A DNA stretch of 62,262 bases, the filler included. It is 9 parts of 9 records of this genome, joined end to end, with 100 filler letters (N's around TTAATTAATTAA, not from the genome) between each part and the next. Parts side by side here need not be neighbours in the genome. Positions count along the whole stretch, not along the records: positions 37,963 to 44,711 come from SRR31147125_20426; positions 44,812 to 55,548 come from SRR31147125_20448; 7 more parts are not named here. One strand, written 5' to 3'. Made by a program: the position numbers and the translations under genes. Of this stretch, positions 43,245-52,338 are shown piece by piece (positions within the stretch are counted from its first letter, which is position 1; each line of letters begins with the position of its first letter). The notes under the pieces were generated by a model. The model had not been told where the DNA came from, made no database searches, and saw only the letters and a list, made by a program, of their open reading frames with translations.

Positions 43245-44396
43245 TTAGAGATTTTGCATTAGTTGCAAATATTTTTGCATCTTTTGAAATTCCTTTTTCC
43301 AATTTACGTTGTCTGCATATACTCCATAATTTTTACCTACATACAATTTATTCAATGGCTCATTATCAGGATAATCATTAATAAAAGTATTGTTATGTAC
43401 TTGTATCATTTTATCTACCATATTTCTGTATTCTACATTATAAGATTTTTTATATATAATATCTCTAGAATACTCATCATCGTTATTAATAAAGTTGTTG
43501 TAAATAGTATAGTTGATGGCTGCTATGTGAAAGGTTTTACCTATATTTCTAAACAAACATTCTACTAAATTTAGACACTGTGAATCATCTTTATTCACTA
43601 TCATGTATTTTAATGTATTTTTAATAATTAAGAATGCTTGTTTAACAGCTTTCTGCTGACTTATATGCATACCATTATCGCCATATTGGCTTGTCTCAAA
43701 AGCAATATTGTCTCCAATAATGTTCAGAGTGCTATTATCAGCATACATTTCTTTTTTGTGTCTATCATCTCTATCATATTGTTCATATTTTTTTGTGTTA
43801 TTAGCTAAGTATAGTAGTGATCCTTTATTCAAACTCATGCCCAATTTATAATTTTCATTAGACATAGCATCAATCCAATCATTTTGATAAATAATATCTT
43901 TTAAAGCATTACTACATAAAGCTATGTTTTTACACGCTGTTTTATAGTTCTCTAATGCATTAAGAGAAATGAACTCTAAAGCATATTGTTGCTTTTTGTT
44001 GGGATTGGTTTCAGATTTCCTTTCGGAAATAACGTATATTTTACCTGTGCAACTACTTACATCAGTGTTAAATATGTTTATTTTTCCTTCGATTACAGTA
44101 TCACTATCATTAAAATTAGGTACATTATTTAAAATTGTATAAAGTCTATCTCTTGTGTCTATGTAGCCATACATCATATTTCTTAGATCTAACAAACCTT
44201 CATAGATAATAAGCCCTTGTTTATAAGATTCTATTTCTAATTTTATATTAGCTCTTTTAGTATCACTTAAAGTAAAGGAGTCTATTGATTTTATTATAGC
44301 TTCTAGTTCATCGATATTATTTTGCAGGTCATTTATATTCCATTTTTTCAACAATAATGGCAGTAAACTATAATGTAGTTTTTCTGTTTTTCTCAT
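43245..44396 (-). CDS. hypothetical protein, possible C-terminal HTH (divergent sigma-like?)
   Basis: 383-aa ORF with GGGAGG RBS and an upstream promoter; the function call rests only on context and NKLYVGKNYGVYADNVNWKKEFQKM. Confidence 0.6.
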   Translation of the reverse strand: MRKTEKLHYSLLPLLLKKWNINDLQNNIDELEAIIKSIDSFTLSDTKRANIKLEIESYKQGLIIYEGLLDLRNMMYGYIDTRDRLYTILNNVPNFNDSDTVIEGKINIFNTDVSSCTGKIYVISERKSETNPNKKQQYALEFISLNALENYKTACKNIALCSNALKDIIYQNDWIDAMSNENYKLGMSLNKGSLLYLANNTKKYEQYDRDDRHKKEMYADNSTLNIIGDNIAFETSQYGDNGMHISQQKAVKQAFLIIKNTLKYMIVNKDDSQCLNLVECLFRNIGKTFHIAAINYTIYNNFINNDDEYSRDIIYKKSYNVEYRNMVDKMIQVHNNTFINDYPDNEPLNKLYVGKNYGVYADNVNWKKEFQKMQKYLQLMQNL

Positions 44397-44436
44397 CTAC
44401 TTCCTCCCATTAGCAATCACGCTATATATCTACACA

Positions 44437-44465
44437 ATTTTACCATATACATTATTTATATGCAA
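44437..44465 (-). promoter_or_regulatory. sigma70-type promoter for the CHAT operon
   Basis: Minus strand TTGCAT, 17 bp, TAAAAT with TGn extension, about 40 nt upstream of the 44396 ATG. Confidence 0.6.
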
Positions 44466-44623
44466 AATCTCAATAATTAAATTAAGGATATTACACGAGT
44501 AAATATTGTTAAATTATAGTGGGGTCGAGGAATCTCGCATTTACTCAACAACTCCTAATATTTTACCATAATCTTGCTGTTGAGTGGTAGCTTTTCTATT
44601 TGAAATTCATAAATAAATATAAT

Positions 44624-44711
44624 GGTTCTGTTGCAAACTTTTTAAAATTCGTTTCACATGTTATAATTATACCAGTTTTGCTGTTGATCGGGGGACTTAA
44701 TAATGATAAAC
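44624..44711 (+). mobile_element. end of an IS6-family insertion sequence (truncated by contig end)
   Basis: GGTTCTGTTGCAAA matches the IS6-family terminal inverted repeat (IS257/ISS1/IS1216 type); then TGtTATAAT, a GGGGGA RBS and ATG at 44703. Confidence 0.65.
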
Positions 44712-44811
44712 NNNNNNNNNNNNNNNNNNNNNNNNNNNNNNNNNNNNNNNNNNNNTTAATTAATTAANNNNNNNNNNNNNNNNNNNNNNNNNNNNNNNNN
44801 NNNNNNNNNNN
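44712..44811. other. artificial contig spacer
   Basis: N-run with TTAATTAATTAA. Confidence 0.98.
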
Positions 44812-45714
44812 TCACCGCCAGCCACTCCGACAGCAGCCCCAACACCTTCGGCAACCCTTGCGCCAACCGCCGTATCAACGCCGCCACCGCCAACCGGGCC
44901 TATCGCGACAACTGCGCCAGAGCCAACGATCGCATTCGCAGGCCAAGTGGTGTGCACAGCCGACGAATTTATCAACATACGCACTGAAGCAGACGTCTAT
45001 GCCGATATCGCCGGAACGCTTCCCGCCGGAGAGACCGCCTACGTCATAGCGTATCATGACGACTGGGTGCATATCGCCTACAACGGAATCGTCGGGTTTG
45101 TCAGCCAAGACTATACCATAAACAAGCATGAACCAAGTATCCCCGTGCCAATGGGCGACTGGGCGGCGATTCTCGTCAGCCCAACGCACGTCCTGCCCGA
45201 TGGTTTCGACGTGTCGCTCGCAGATTTCGAAAACAGTCAGGTGGATGCGCGTATACAGGGTATCTGTACAGAGATGTTCGTCGATGCCGCCGAAGATGGT
45301 ATCGATTTTCAGCTTGTCGACGCATACCGCAGCCATGACCGCCAGAGCGAATTGTTCGAAGAGATGGTCAGCCGCTATACCGGCAGGGGCTACAGCCGCG
45401 CGGATGCAGAAGTGAAAGCCGCGACGATTACAGCACGCCCCGATACCAGCGAACACCAGACAGGCCTTGCGCTCGATATCGTGACGCCGTCGTATACGAA
45501 GATGAACAAGGGCTTTGCAAACACCGACGCATTCAAGTGGCTAAGCGCCAACGCGGCAAACTACGGGTTTACGATGCGATACAAATCAGACAAGGTATCG
45601 ATCACGGGCGTTATATATGAACCGTGGCATTGGCGTTTTGTGGGCGTAAAAGCCGCCGCAGAGATGAAGCAAAGCGGGCAGTGTTTCGAAGAGTATTTGG
45701 GCGAGATGGACTAA
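44812..45714 (+). CDS. SH3b + M15B D-Ala-D-Ala carboxypeptidase (VanY-like) with Pro/Thr linker, 5' truncated
   Basis: PT-rich linker; INIR...WVHIAYNGIVGFVS (SH3b); AYRS, SEHQTGLALD, YEPWHWRFVG. Confidence 0.88.
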   Translation, partial: SPPATPTAAPTPSATLAPTAVSTPPPPTGPIATTAPEPTIAFAGQVVCTADEFINIRTEADVYADIAGTLPAGETAYVIAYHDDWVHIAYNGIVGFVSQDYTINKHEPSIPVPMGDWAAILVSPTHVLPDGFDVSLADFENSQVDARIQGICTEMFVDAAEDGIDFQLVDAYRSHDRQSELFEEMVSRYTGRGYSRADAEVKAATITARPDTSEHQTGLALDIVTPSYTKMNKGFANTDAFKWLSANAANYGFTMRYKSDKVSITGVIYEPWHWRFVGVKAAAEMKQSGQCFEEYLGEMD

Positions 45715-45735
45715 CATCTCCCATGATCATCAGCA

Positions 45736-45833
45736 ATATGCGATGGTCCGTCACGACCCTGCGGAAAGTTGTAGGAGCGAATGCACTCGCTCCTGTCGCC
45801 AGAGCCAACCCGACTCTTGCAGTTCTGCGACAT
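45736..45833 (-). pseudogene. decayed duplicate fragment of the prfA 3' region
   Basis: Aligns to 46870-46969 with 12 substitutions and a 2-nt deletion ([32 protein letters not shown]). Confidence 0.9.
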
Positions 45834-46069
45834 CGTGTGCCGCAACAACTTCAATGGCCATTTCTGTATCCACTTCAACGATTCGATGGTGCACGCAACC
45901 AGCCGTGAATGCCAGCGCTATCAGACGTGCGCCGACTATTCGCATAAAAAGCGCAGTGATTTTACTGTAAAAAATCTTTCTCTATTGCCCATTTTATGAT
46001 AAATTACCATTAATAGGTATAACGATTGGATTGTTGTTTGACATATACATTATATGGGAGGTAACAATA

Positions 46070-46698
46070 ATGACGGAAAACTCAGAGGGTACCCAATATG
46101 TTCAAGACTGCATGCATAAAAAATATGAAGAATTAACCGATACCATTTCTTGGGATGATCCTGTTTTTCAAAATATATTAAAACCGTTGAATTCATTTAA
46201 ACACAAAGCGACGTGTAAACAAGCGAAAGCTCTTTCCAAAAAATATGGTGATTTTGGTATACTGTATTGGTGGTGGGGCAGCGCGCTCATGAAGATGGGT
46301 TCATTAGATAAGGCGCGAAAAGTTATGACAGATGCATTGGAAAAGGTAAATCGAAAATACGCTCTATGCAGCGGGCTCGCCGAGGTCGAGTGGAAAGCAC
46401 GCAACTTAAAAAAGATGGTATACTGGCTGGCTCAGGCGATGCATGCCCAAGAATCATTGAGCGAAGAAAATTACGGAAGTTTGGCAGATTCTTATCTGCA
46501 CTTAAGCTGTGTGGCAGAGGGCTTGGACTATTCGATTGTTCTCTTGCATATCTACGAAGGGTTGATGCCATCAATTACAGTGTACGGCTCACCCCATCGT
46601 TTGCCCCCAATTTGCTTGCTTTGACACAAAGCGGTAAAGACAATTACATAAAACAGGTCATAACAGGATTGGTGGAAATGTATATTAAACCGGATTAA
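46070..46698 (+). CDS. hypothetical helical/TPR-like protein, frameshifted near 46530
   Basis: GGGAGG RBS, ATG 46070; YWWWGSALMKMG..DKAR TPR-like; continues in a second frame to 46698; more AT-rich than its flanks. Confidence 0.5.
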
Positions 46699-46733
46699 GC
46701 AATCGATAACAAAACTTGTGTTTTTCAATAGTT

Positions 46734-46758
46734 AAAGACGGCCTTTGCCGTCTTTTTT
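46734..46758. terminator. bidirectional intrinsic terminator
   Basis: AAAGACGGC-CTTT-GCCGTCTTTTTT between convergent genes. Confidence 0.75.
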
Positions 46759-46762
46759 GCCG

Positions 46763-47827
46763 TCACTCCTGCGCACTCAGCGCCTTGGTCTTTTCTTCCA
46801 TCGTCAGCGCATCAATCATCTCGTTCATATCCCCGTCGATAAACGCCTCCAGCTTATACAGCGTAAGCGATATGCGATGGTCAGTCACACGGCCCTGCGG
46901 AAAGTTATAGGTGCGAATGCGCTCACTCCGGTCACCAGAGCCAACCTGACTTTTGCGGTTTTGCGACATGGCATTGTCCTGTTCCTTTTTTGCAATGTCA
47001 TACAACCGCGTTTTAAGCACCTTCATAGCTTTGTCCTTGTTCTTCAGCTGCGATTTTTCATCCTGACATGTAACGATAAGCCCGCTCGGTTCGTGCGTAA
47101 TGCGCACCGCAGAGTCTGTCGTGTTAACGCTTTGCCCGCCGTTGCCGGACGACCGATATACATCGATTCTTAGATCGTTAGGATCGATCTTGACGTCCAC
47201 ATCTTCCGCCTCGGGCAACACCGCCACCGTTGCGGCCGATGTGTGTATGCGCCCAGAGCTTTCCGTTTCCGGCACACGCTGAACACGGTGCACGCCGCTC
47301 TCATACTTCAGCCGCGAATAAGCCCCCTTGCCGGCAATCAGCAGCGTGATCTCTTTCACACCGCCAAGCTCGGTTATGTTAGACCCCAGCGTTTCAATTG
47401 TATAGCCCGCGCGCTCAGCATACCGCGTATACATGCGCAAAAGGCTGGCGCCAAACAACGCCGCTTCATCGCCGCCGGTGCCTGCACGAATCTCCAGCAC
47501 AACGTTTTTGTCGTCGTTGGGATCCTTAGGAAGCAGCAGCAGCTTAAGTTCTTCTTCAAGCGAAACATTGGCACCCTGCAGCGCATCAAGTTCCTCTTTG
47601 GCCATCGCGGCGATCTCAGAATCGTCATCGTGTGCCATCAGCTTAAGGTCATCCAGTTGCGCGGCGTTGTCCATATATTCATCGTATTTCTGCACGATCT
47701 CGGACATTGACGCATGTTCTTTTATCAGCTTCGTATACAGCTCCTGGTTTTGTATCACGTCGCTTTTAACAAGCTCTGCCTCAAGCTCTAAAAATCTCTC
47801 TTTGTGTTTTGCCAGTTTGTCAAACAT
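46763..47827 (-). CDS. prfA: peptide chain release factor 1 (likely start MFDKL at 47827)
   Basis: [25 protein letters not shown] (PxT motif), [20 protein letters not shown]. Confidence 0.97.
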   Translation of the reverse strand: MFDKLAKHKERFLELEAELVKSDVIQNQELYTKLIKEHASMSEIVQKYDEYMDNAAQLDDLKLMAHDDDSEIAAMAKEELDALQGANVSLEEELKLLLLPKDPNDDKNVVLEIRAGTGGDEAALFGASLLRMYTRYAERAGYTIETLGSNITELGGVKEITLLIAGKGAYSRLKYESGVHRVQRVPETESSGRIHTSAATVAVLPEAEDVDVKIDPNDLRIDVYRSSGNGGQSVNTTDSAVRITHEPSGLIVTCQDEKSQLKNKDKAMKVLKTRLYDIAKKEQDNAMSQNRKSQVGSGDRSERIRTYNFPQGRVTDHRISLTLYKLEAFIDGDMNEMIDALTMEEKTKALSAQE

Positions 47828-47831
47828 CTTT

Positions 47832-48656
47832 TTATCCTTTTCGGGCAACAACGATACGGTCGCGCCCGGCATAATCCTTTTTATGTGTCACATCCGCAAA
47901 CCCCGCCTGCGTCAGCAGTTTCGCCACAGCCCGTGCCTGCAATGCACCAATCTCCAGCACCAACGCACCACCTTGGTTCAAATACTGCCCCGCGCTTTTG
48001 GCGATAATGCGATAAAACTTAAGCCCGTCATCGGCAACTAGCGCACCCTTTGGCTCATATCGCCGAACGCTGTCATCCAGCGCAGCATACTCAGTGTCAC
48101 TAACATACGGCGGGTTGCACACAATGATATCGTATGTGCCAGTAACGCCGCCCAGCATATCGCTTTCAAAAAAACGCACCTTTGCGCCATTTGTCTTTGC
48201 GTTTTGCTGCGCCACAGCCAGCGCAGCTGTACTGATATCGCACGCATCAACGACGGCATTAGTCTCCGTCGCCAGCGATACCGCGATACATCCGCTGCCC
48301 GTACACATGTCGAGCGCCGATAAGTATCCTTGCTCGCGTATCATATCAATCGCCTGCCCGGCAACCAGCTCTGTCTCGTTTCGGGGAATAAGCACATCCG
48401 GCGTCACATCCAGCACCGCGTACCGAAAATACGCTTTGCCAGTAGCGTACTCCACAGGCTGCCCTGCCGCGCACCGCCTCACCATATCCGTGATATCGTC
48501 GCTCTGTGCCTGCGTCAGCGCCTGCTTGCTCGGCGCCTCCGCCAAGCCACTGCCCAGCGCATGCGCCACGATGACCTTTGCTTTGGCATCCGGTTCTGCT
48601 ATGCCCGCGTCTTTCAGCGTATCTTTCGCGACCCGAAATGCCTCTCTCGCCGTCAT
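47832..48656 (-). CDS. prmC: release factor glutamine methyltransferase
   Basis: [24 protein letters not shown]; adjacent to prfA. Confidence 0.95.
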   Translation of the reverse strand: MTAREAFRVAKDTLKDAGIAEPDAKAKVIVAHALGSGLAEAPSKQALTQAQSDDITDMVRRCAAGQPVEYATGKAYFRYAVLDVTPDVLIPRNETELVAGQAIDMIREQGYLSALDMCTGSGCIAVSLATETNAVVDACDISTAALAVAQQNAKTNGAKVRFFESDMLGGVTGTYDIIVCNPPYVSDTEYAALDDSVRRYEPKGALVADDGLKFYRIIAKSAGQYLNQGGALVLEIGALQARAVAKLLTQAGFADVTHKKDYAGRDRIVVARKG

Positions 48657-49699
48657 GACTCTTTCGTAGTCTCCGTTTCGCCTGCCGCCGCGTCCTCTGT
48701 CGTCGCTGCGTCATCTTCGCCCGCAGGTTCGGTTTCCTTTTTCGGCGACCGATCAAAGCTTTGCGCCATCTCCTTCAGCTCTTCGTCGCTCAGCTCATCC
48801 ATCGCTACCGTAAATGCCAATATCGCCACCTCGACCATGCTGTTGTCAGGCTCAGATGTCGTCAGCTTTTGCAGCATCATTCCCGGCCAGCGAATAACGC
48901 GGAAAAACAGCGATTCACCCTTGGCCGCAAACTTGAGAAACTCATACGAAATGCCTGCAACAATCGGCAGCATCAAAAGACGCAAACCAATCCTTGCGTA
49001 CCACGTCGGGCTCCACCCAAACAACGAAAACAACAGTATAGATATGACCATGACGAGCAGCAGATAGCTCGTGCCGCATCTTGGATGTAGCGTCTTAAAC
49101 TTCTGTACGTTCTCTACGGTCAGCTCCTTTTCGTGCTCATAGCAATTTATCGTCTTGTGTTCTGAGCCATGATATTGGAAAACACGCTTAATGTCTTTGA
49201 TAAACGTGATAGAAATGACATAGATGAAAAAGAGCAGCAGTCTTATTCCGCCCTCAATGAGGTTCATAACAATCGCAGAAGATATGTACGGGCGCACGAT
49301 GTTCGTCAGAACCGTCGGCAATATGAAGAATATCCCGATCGCAAGACCCATTGCTACGATGACAGCGATAACCATCGCTATGTCCATCATATCCTTGCCA
49401 GTCTTGTCCGCAAGAAACTTCTCAAACCGCGACGGTTTATAATCCCCCGCCTCGTCATCATACATCTTTGCAGATTTTGTCATCGTCTTAACGCCAAATC
49501 CCATCATCTCGACAAACGACACAAGCCCCCTGATGATAGGCAGTTTGAAAAACTTGTTCTTCTGCGCCAAAGATTTAACTTTCTGCTTGTCATAGACGAC
49601 CTCGCCAGACGCTTTTCTGACAGCCAGTCCGCTGACAGATGGTGCCCGCATCATGACTCCCTCAAGGACCCCCTGCCCACCTATATTGCTTCTTTTCAT
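48653..49699 (-). CDS. DUF1385 membrane protein (likely start MKRSNIGGQ)
   Basis: IGGQGVLEGVMM, YHGSEHK, HPRCGTS; conserved rpmE-DUF1385-prmC-prfA order. Confidence 0.9.
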   Translation of the reverse strand: MKRSNIGGQGVLEGVMMRAPSVSGLAVRKASGEVVYDKQKVKSLAQKNKFFKLPIIRGLVSFVEMMGFGVKTMTKSAKMYDDEAGDYKPSRFEKFLADKTGKDMMDIAMVIAVIVAMGLAIGIFFILPTVLTNIVRPYISSAIVMNLIEGGIRLLLFFIYVISITFIKDIKRVFQYHGSEHKTINCYEHEKELTVENVQKFKTLHPRCGTSYLLLVMVISILLFSLFGWSPTWYARIGLRLLMLPIVAGISYEFLKFAAKGESLFFRVIRWPGMMLQKLTTSEPDNSMVEVAILAFTVAMDELSDEELKEMAQSFDRSPKKETEPAGEDDAATTEDAAAGETETTKES

Positions 49700-49774
49700 A
49701 TGTGCCTCTTTCATATACTGCCAGTTAAAGTCGTGTTCAACAAAAACCCCCGAAAGCTGTCCCGTCAAGACCCC

Positions 49775-49806
49775 ACAAAATAAAACAGACCGAAGCATCG
49801 GTCTGT
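49775..49806 (-). terminator. intrinsic terminator after rpmE
   Basis: ACAGACCGA-loop-TCGGTCTGT stem followed by TTTATTTT on the minus strand. Confidence 0.7.
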
Positions 49807-49819
49807 AAAAGTTAAAAGT

Positions 49820-50020
49820 CTATTTGATGCCGTATCTTTTGTTGAACCTATCGACGCGCCCGCCTGTGTCAACAAGCTTCTGCTTGCCGGTAAAGAACGG
49901 ATGGCATTTACTGCATATCTCGACTTTCATTTCTTTCTTAACCGAGCCAGTGGTAAATGTCTCCCCGCATGCGCATTTGACATTGCACTCGTGATACTCG
50001 GGATGTATATCCTTTTTCAT
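49820..50020 (-). CDS. rpmE: 50S ribosomal protein L31 (zinc-binding type)
   Basis: [30 protein letters not shown]. Confidence 0.97.
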   Translation of the reverse strand: MKKDIHPEYHECNVKCACGETFTTGSVKKEMKVEICSKCHPFFTGKQKLVDTGGRVDRFNKRYGIK

Positions 50021-50229
50021 GATCCTTCACCTCTATTCGTTCGACATAAAACTTGTATATATCATTTGATACGCGCTTATAAAGTCGCAAAGAACATTAT
50101 AACACAACGCGCGTAAAAATCAACTGTTTTTTTGCGGCTTTTGTATGGCGCCCACTAATAAACTGCCGGTCATTTTTTTGTGCACATACAAATATATATA
50201 TAGATAGATGATGCCCTGCGGAGGTTGCG

Positions 50230-51072
50230 ATGAAAAGTTTACAACGATTGCTGATGATGCTAAAACCAAGCGCGCACTTTTCGGCGTGCAAAAACGGCGT
50301 GGCGCTGCGGCTACGCGGCACACCCCACGGCATAGATGCGACTCTTTTCGCCGCGTGCCTGAAAGGCACAACATATGATGCTTATCTCTTTTTGCACAAC
50401 GGTGATTATCTTATGTCGGGGCATGTTGAAGACGGCGCATTGCAGGCTTGTGTGCCGGGTCTCTCGCTTGGCGACATCAAAGGCGCGGCTGTGTTGCGCA
50501 AAGGGAACGGCAGCCCCAGCTTTTGCCTAAAATCGACCGGCATAGATTGGGAAGAGATAATTGAGCGCTTTAAGATTCAGCATGCGCAAGCGCGGCAAGA
50601 AAAGCGTCCCGCAACGCCTAAAATATCCGCACCAACAACACCCGTGGCAGAAACGCCGCCAGACCTCGTTGTCGCACCACAGCAGACACCGCGCCCTTTG
50701 CCTGTGCCGCCGCAAGAATCGCGCACGACCGACAACCACGACTCGTGCGATACGTGTCCCCATGTGCAAAAGCAGTGCCGCGTCAACCCGTTCCCAACAG
50801 TTTTTCCGAGCAGCGAATGGGTCAAGATATCGTACCCCGGGCCAACCGGGTGGTGGCACTACATCTCCGGCACAATATACAACGGCAGCAACACCGCAGC
50901 CAAAGTTCTTGGTGTCCCCGGCGAATATGGAATGGCGCCGCCGATCTGGCTAGAGGGGTTTGGCACCTATCTGCGCAGCACCGAGGAAGACGCCAGAGGT
51001 TATTGGCTCATGTTCCAAGACGCAGAGACGGGAGAAGTCATGGGTATGGATCTATCTCCACATGGCGGGTAA
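50230..51072 (+). CDS. conserved hypothetical protein
   Basis: GGAGG RBS; two regions joined by a Pro-rich linker; WWHYISG, LGVPGEYG, GYWL. Confidence 0.7.
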   Translation: MKSLQRLLMMLKPSAHFSACKNGVALRLRGTPHGIDATLFAACLKGTTYDAYLFLHNGDYLMSGHVEDGALQACVPGLSLGDIKGAAVLRKGNGSPSFCLKSTGIDWEEIIERFKIQHAQARQEKRPATPKISAPTTPVAETPPDLVVAPQQTPRPLPVPPQESRTTDNHDSCDTCPHVQKQCRVNPFPTVFPSSEWVKISYPGPTGWWHYISGTIYNGSNTAAKVLGVPGEYGMAPPIWLEGFGTYLRSTEEDARGYWLMFQDAETGEVMGMDLSPHGG

Positions 51073-51274
51073 GCACCTCAGAATACGAGAAGCAATAACG
51101 CCTTTTGTGTCCGTTTTCTTTGACGAGCACAGTAAACACTTCGGGATATAGGCCTTCAACGATACCGTCTCTCTCGAACCCACCACGCCGGCCGTTTCTG
51201 GCCTTAAGCGTGACGTGCAGTCCTTTGTTGGCCTGCATCTCCGTTTTGATAACATCCAGACTGTTGTTTATCAT
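51038..51274 (-). CDS. veg: Veg family protein (likely start 51274)
   Basis: G..VTLKARNGR, G.VEGLYPEVFTV, FSYSEVLTRHVEI. Confidence 0.85.
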   Translation of the reverse strand: MINNSLDVIKTEMQANKGLHVTLKARNGRRGGFERDGIVEGLYPEVFTVLVKENGHKRRYCFSYSEVLTRHVEIDPYP

Positions 51275-51488
51275 TTTTGATCCGCCTTTTTTATTATTGC
51301 TGATATTGATATTTCCCAAAATACTCAACATTATCCTCTTTTTAATAAAATCAACGTCAACCATACGAATAGATGAATAATTATTATTTGACCTGAATAC
51401 AGCACGATCTGTTAAGCCGGTGTAAAGTATCGCGGACATCACATTTCGCATCTGATGTTGTATATTTTTTGGCATAGACTGCATAAAG

Positions 51489-51530
51489 TTATCCACGTTG
51501 TCCACATTGTTGTCCACAAGGTGTGTATAG
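51489..51530. promoter_or_regulatory. cluster of DnaA-box-like motifs
   Basis: TTATCCACG, TTGTCCACA, TTGTCCACA and inverted TGTGTATAG within 42 bp. Confidence 0.6.
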
Positions 51531-51789
51531 TGGCGTATTTAGGACTATGAACGAGATTTAAAATTCCTGCAAGATTTCAAAAATGTATAAGAATAATTAG
51601 CGTTTTTTGTCGCAAAAGTATGGTTTTTTATAAATATTCACTGGCATATACCAACGCGACTGTATTGCGCATATGCTCGCAAACGCTGCACAGTGCTTGC
51701 CGTACTATTTGCCGCCAATATGATATAATATTATTGACCTGTGCAAAGATGCCCGCGCATCGCAGAACACATGCAAAGAAGGAGCGATC

Positions 51790-51954
51790 ATGAACCGACT
51801 AAAGGATAAACTTGAATCCACGCTGCACAAGATCCGCAACCCGGAAGAAGACGCATCGCAGTTTCGCGAACAGATAGGCTTCAAACGACTGCTGTTTTTT
51901 GTACCGTTTCTCATTGTGGCCATCATATTTTTGCTGTTATCGCTGGAATCATAA
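51790..51954 (+). CDS. small protein with a C-terminal TM helix (54 aa, not in the ORF track)
   Basis: AAGGAG RBS; MNRLKDKLESTLHKIRNPEEDASQFREQIGFKRLLFFVPFLIVAIIFLLLSLES. Confidence 0.6.
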   Translation: MNRLKDKLESTLHKIRNPEEDASQFREQIGFKRLLFFVPFLIVAIIFLLLSLES

Positions 51955-52025
51955 CAGCTTTGGCACAAAAAAGAAACGACCGCCAACGCCGAGGCAGGCC
52001 GCCGCTTGCTTCTTTGATTCATCGT

Positions 52026-52181
52026 CTAGTCGTACATGTCGAGGCTTTGCTGACAATCGTTGCAATACCCGCTGTACAGATCAAAGCAATCCTGACACAT
52101 GTAAGAATTGCACGCTTTGCAGCCTTGCATCGATCGCGTATCCATCAACTTGTTGCAACATGAACAGTTCATTTTTGCCAT
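52026..52181 (-). CDS. small Cys-rich protein (51 aa, four CxxC; not in the ORF track)
   Basis: GGAAAGGTGG RBS; MAKMNCSCCNKLMDTRSMQGCKACNSYMCQDCFDLYSGYCNDCQQSLDMYD. Confidence 0.7.
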   Translation of the reverse strand: MAKMNCSCCNKLMDTRSMQGCKACNSYMCQDCFDLYSGYCNDCQQSLDMYD

Positions 52182-52338
52182 AAGCTATCCACCTTTCCGT
52201 GCTGATGTCATATATTATTCGCACACAGCGTTTTTTTCATACCCGCGTTTCCAAAAATATACGGCTCCAACGATGGCACAATCGGCGTATTTATGGTATA
52301 TTTACTAAAAATATTTCATCAACGATTTGGAGACTCCT

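Noticed and set aside
44520-44700. ACTCAACA/TGTTGAGT inverted repeat and a twice-seen TTGCTGTTGA motif near the IS end
   Set aside because: Too short in AT-rich DNA to support an ncRNA or binding-site call.
45736-46969. prfA repeat pair as a diversity-generating retroelement TR/VR
   Set aside because: Mismatches are not adenine-specific, are mostly synonymous and include a deletion; no reverse transcriptase is present.
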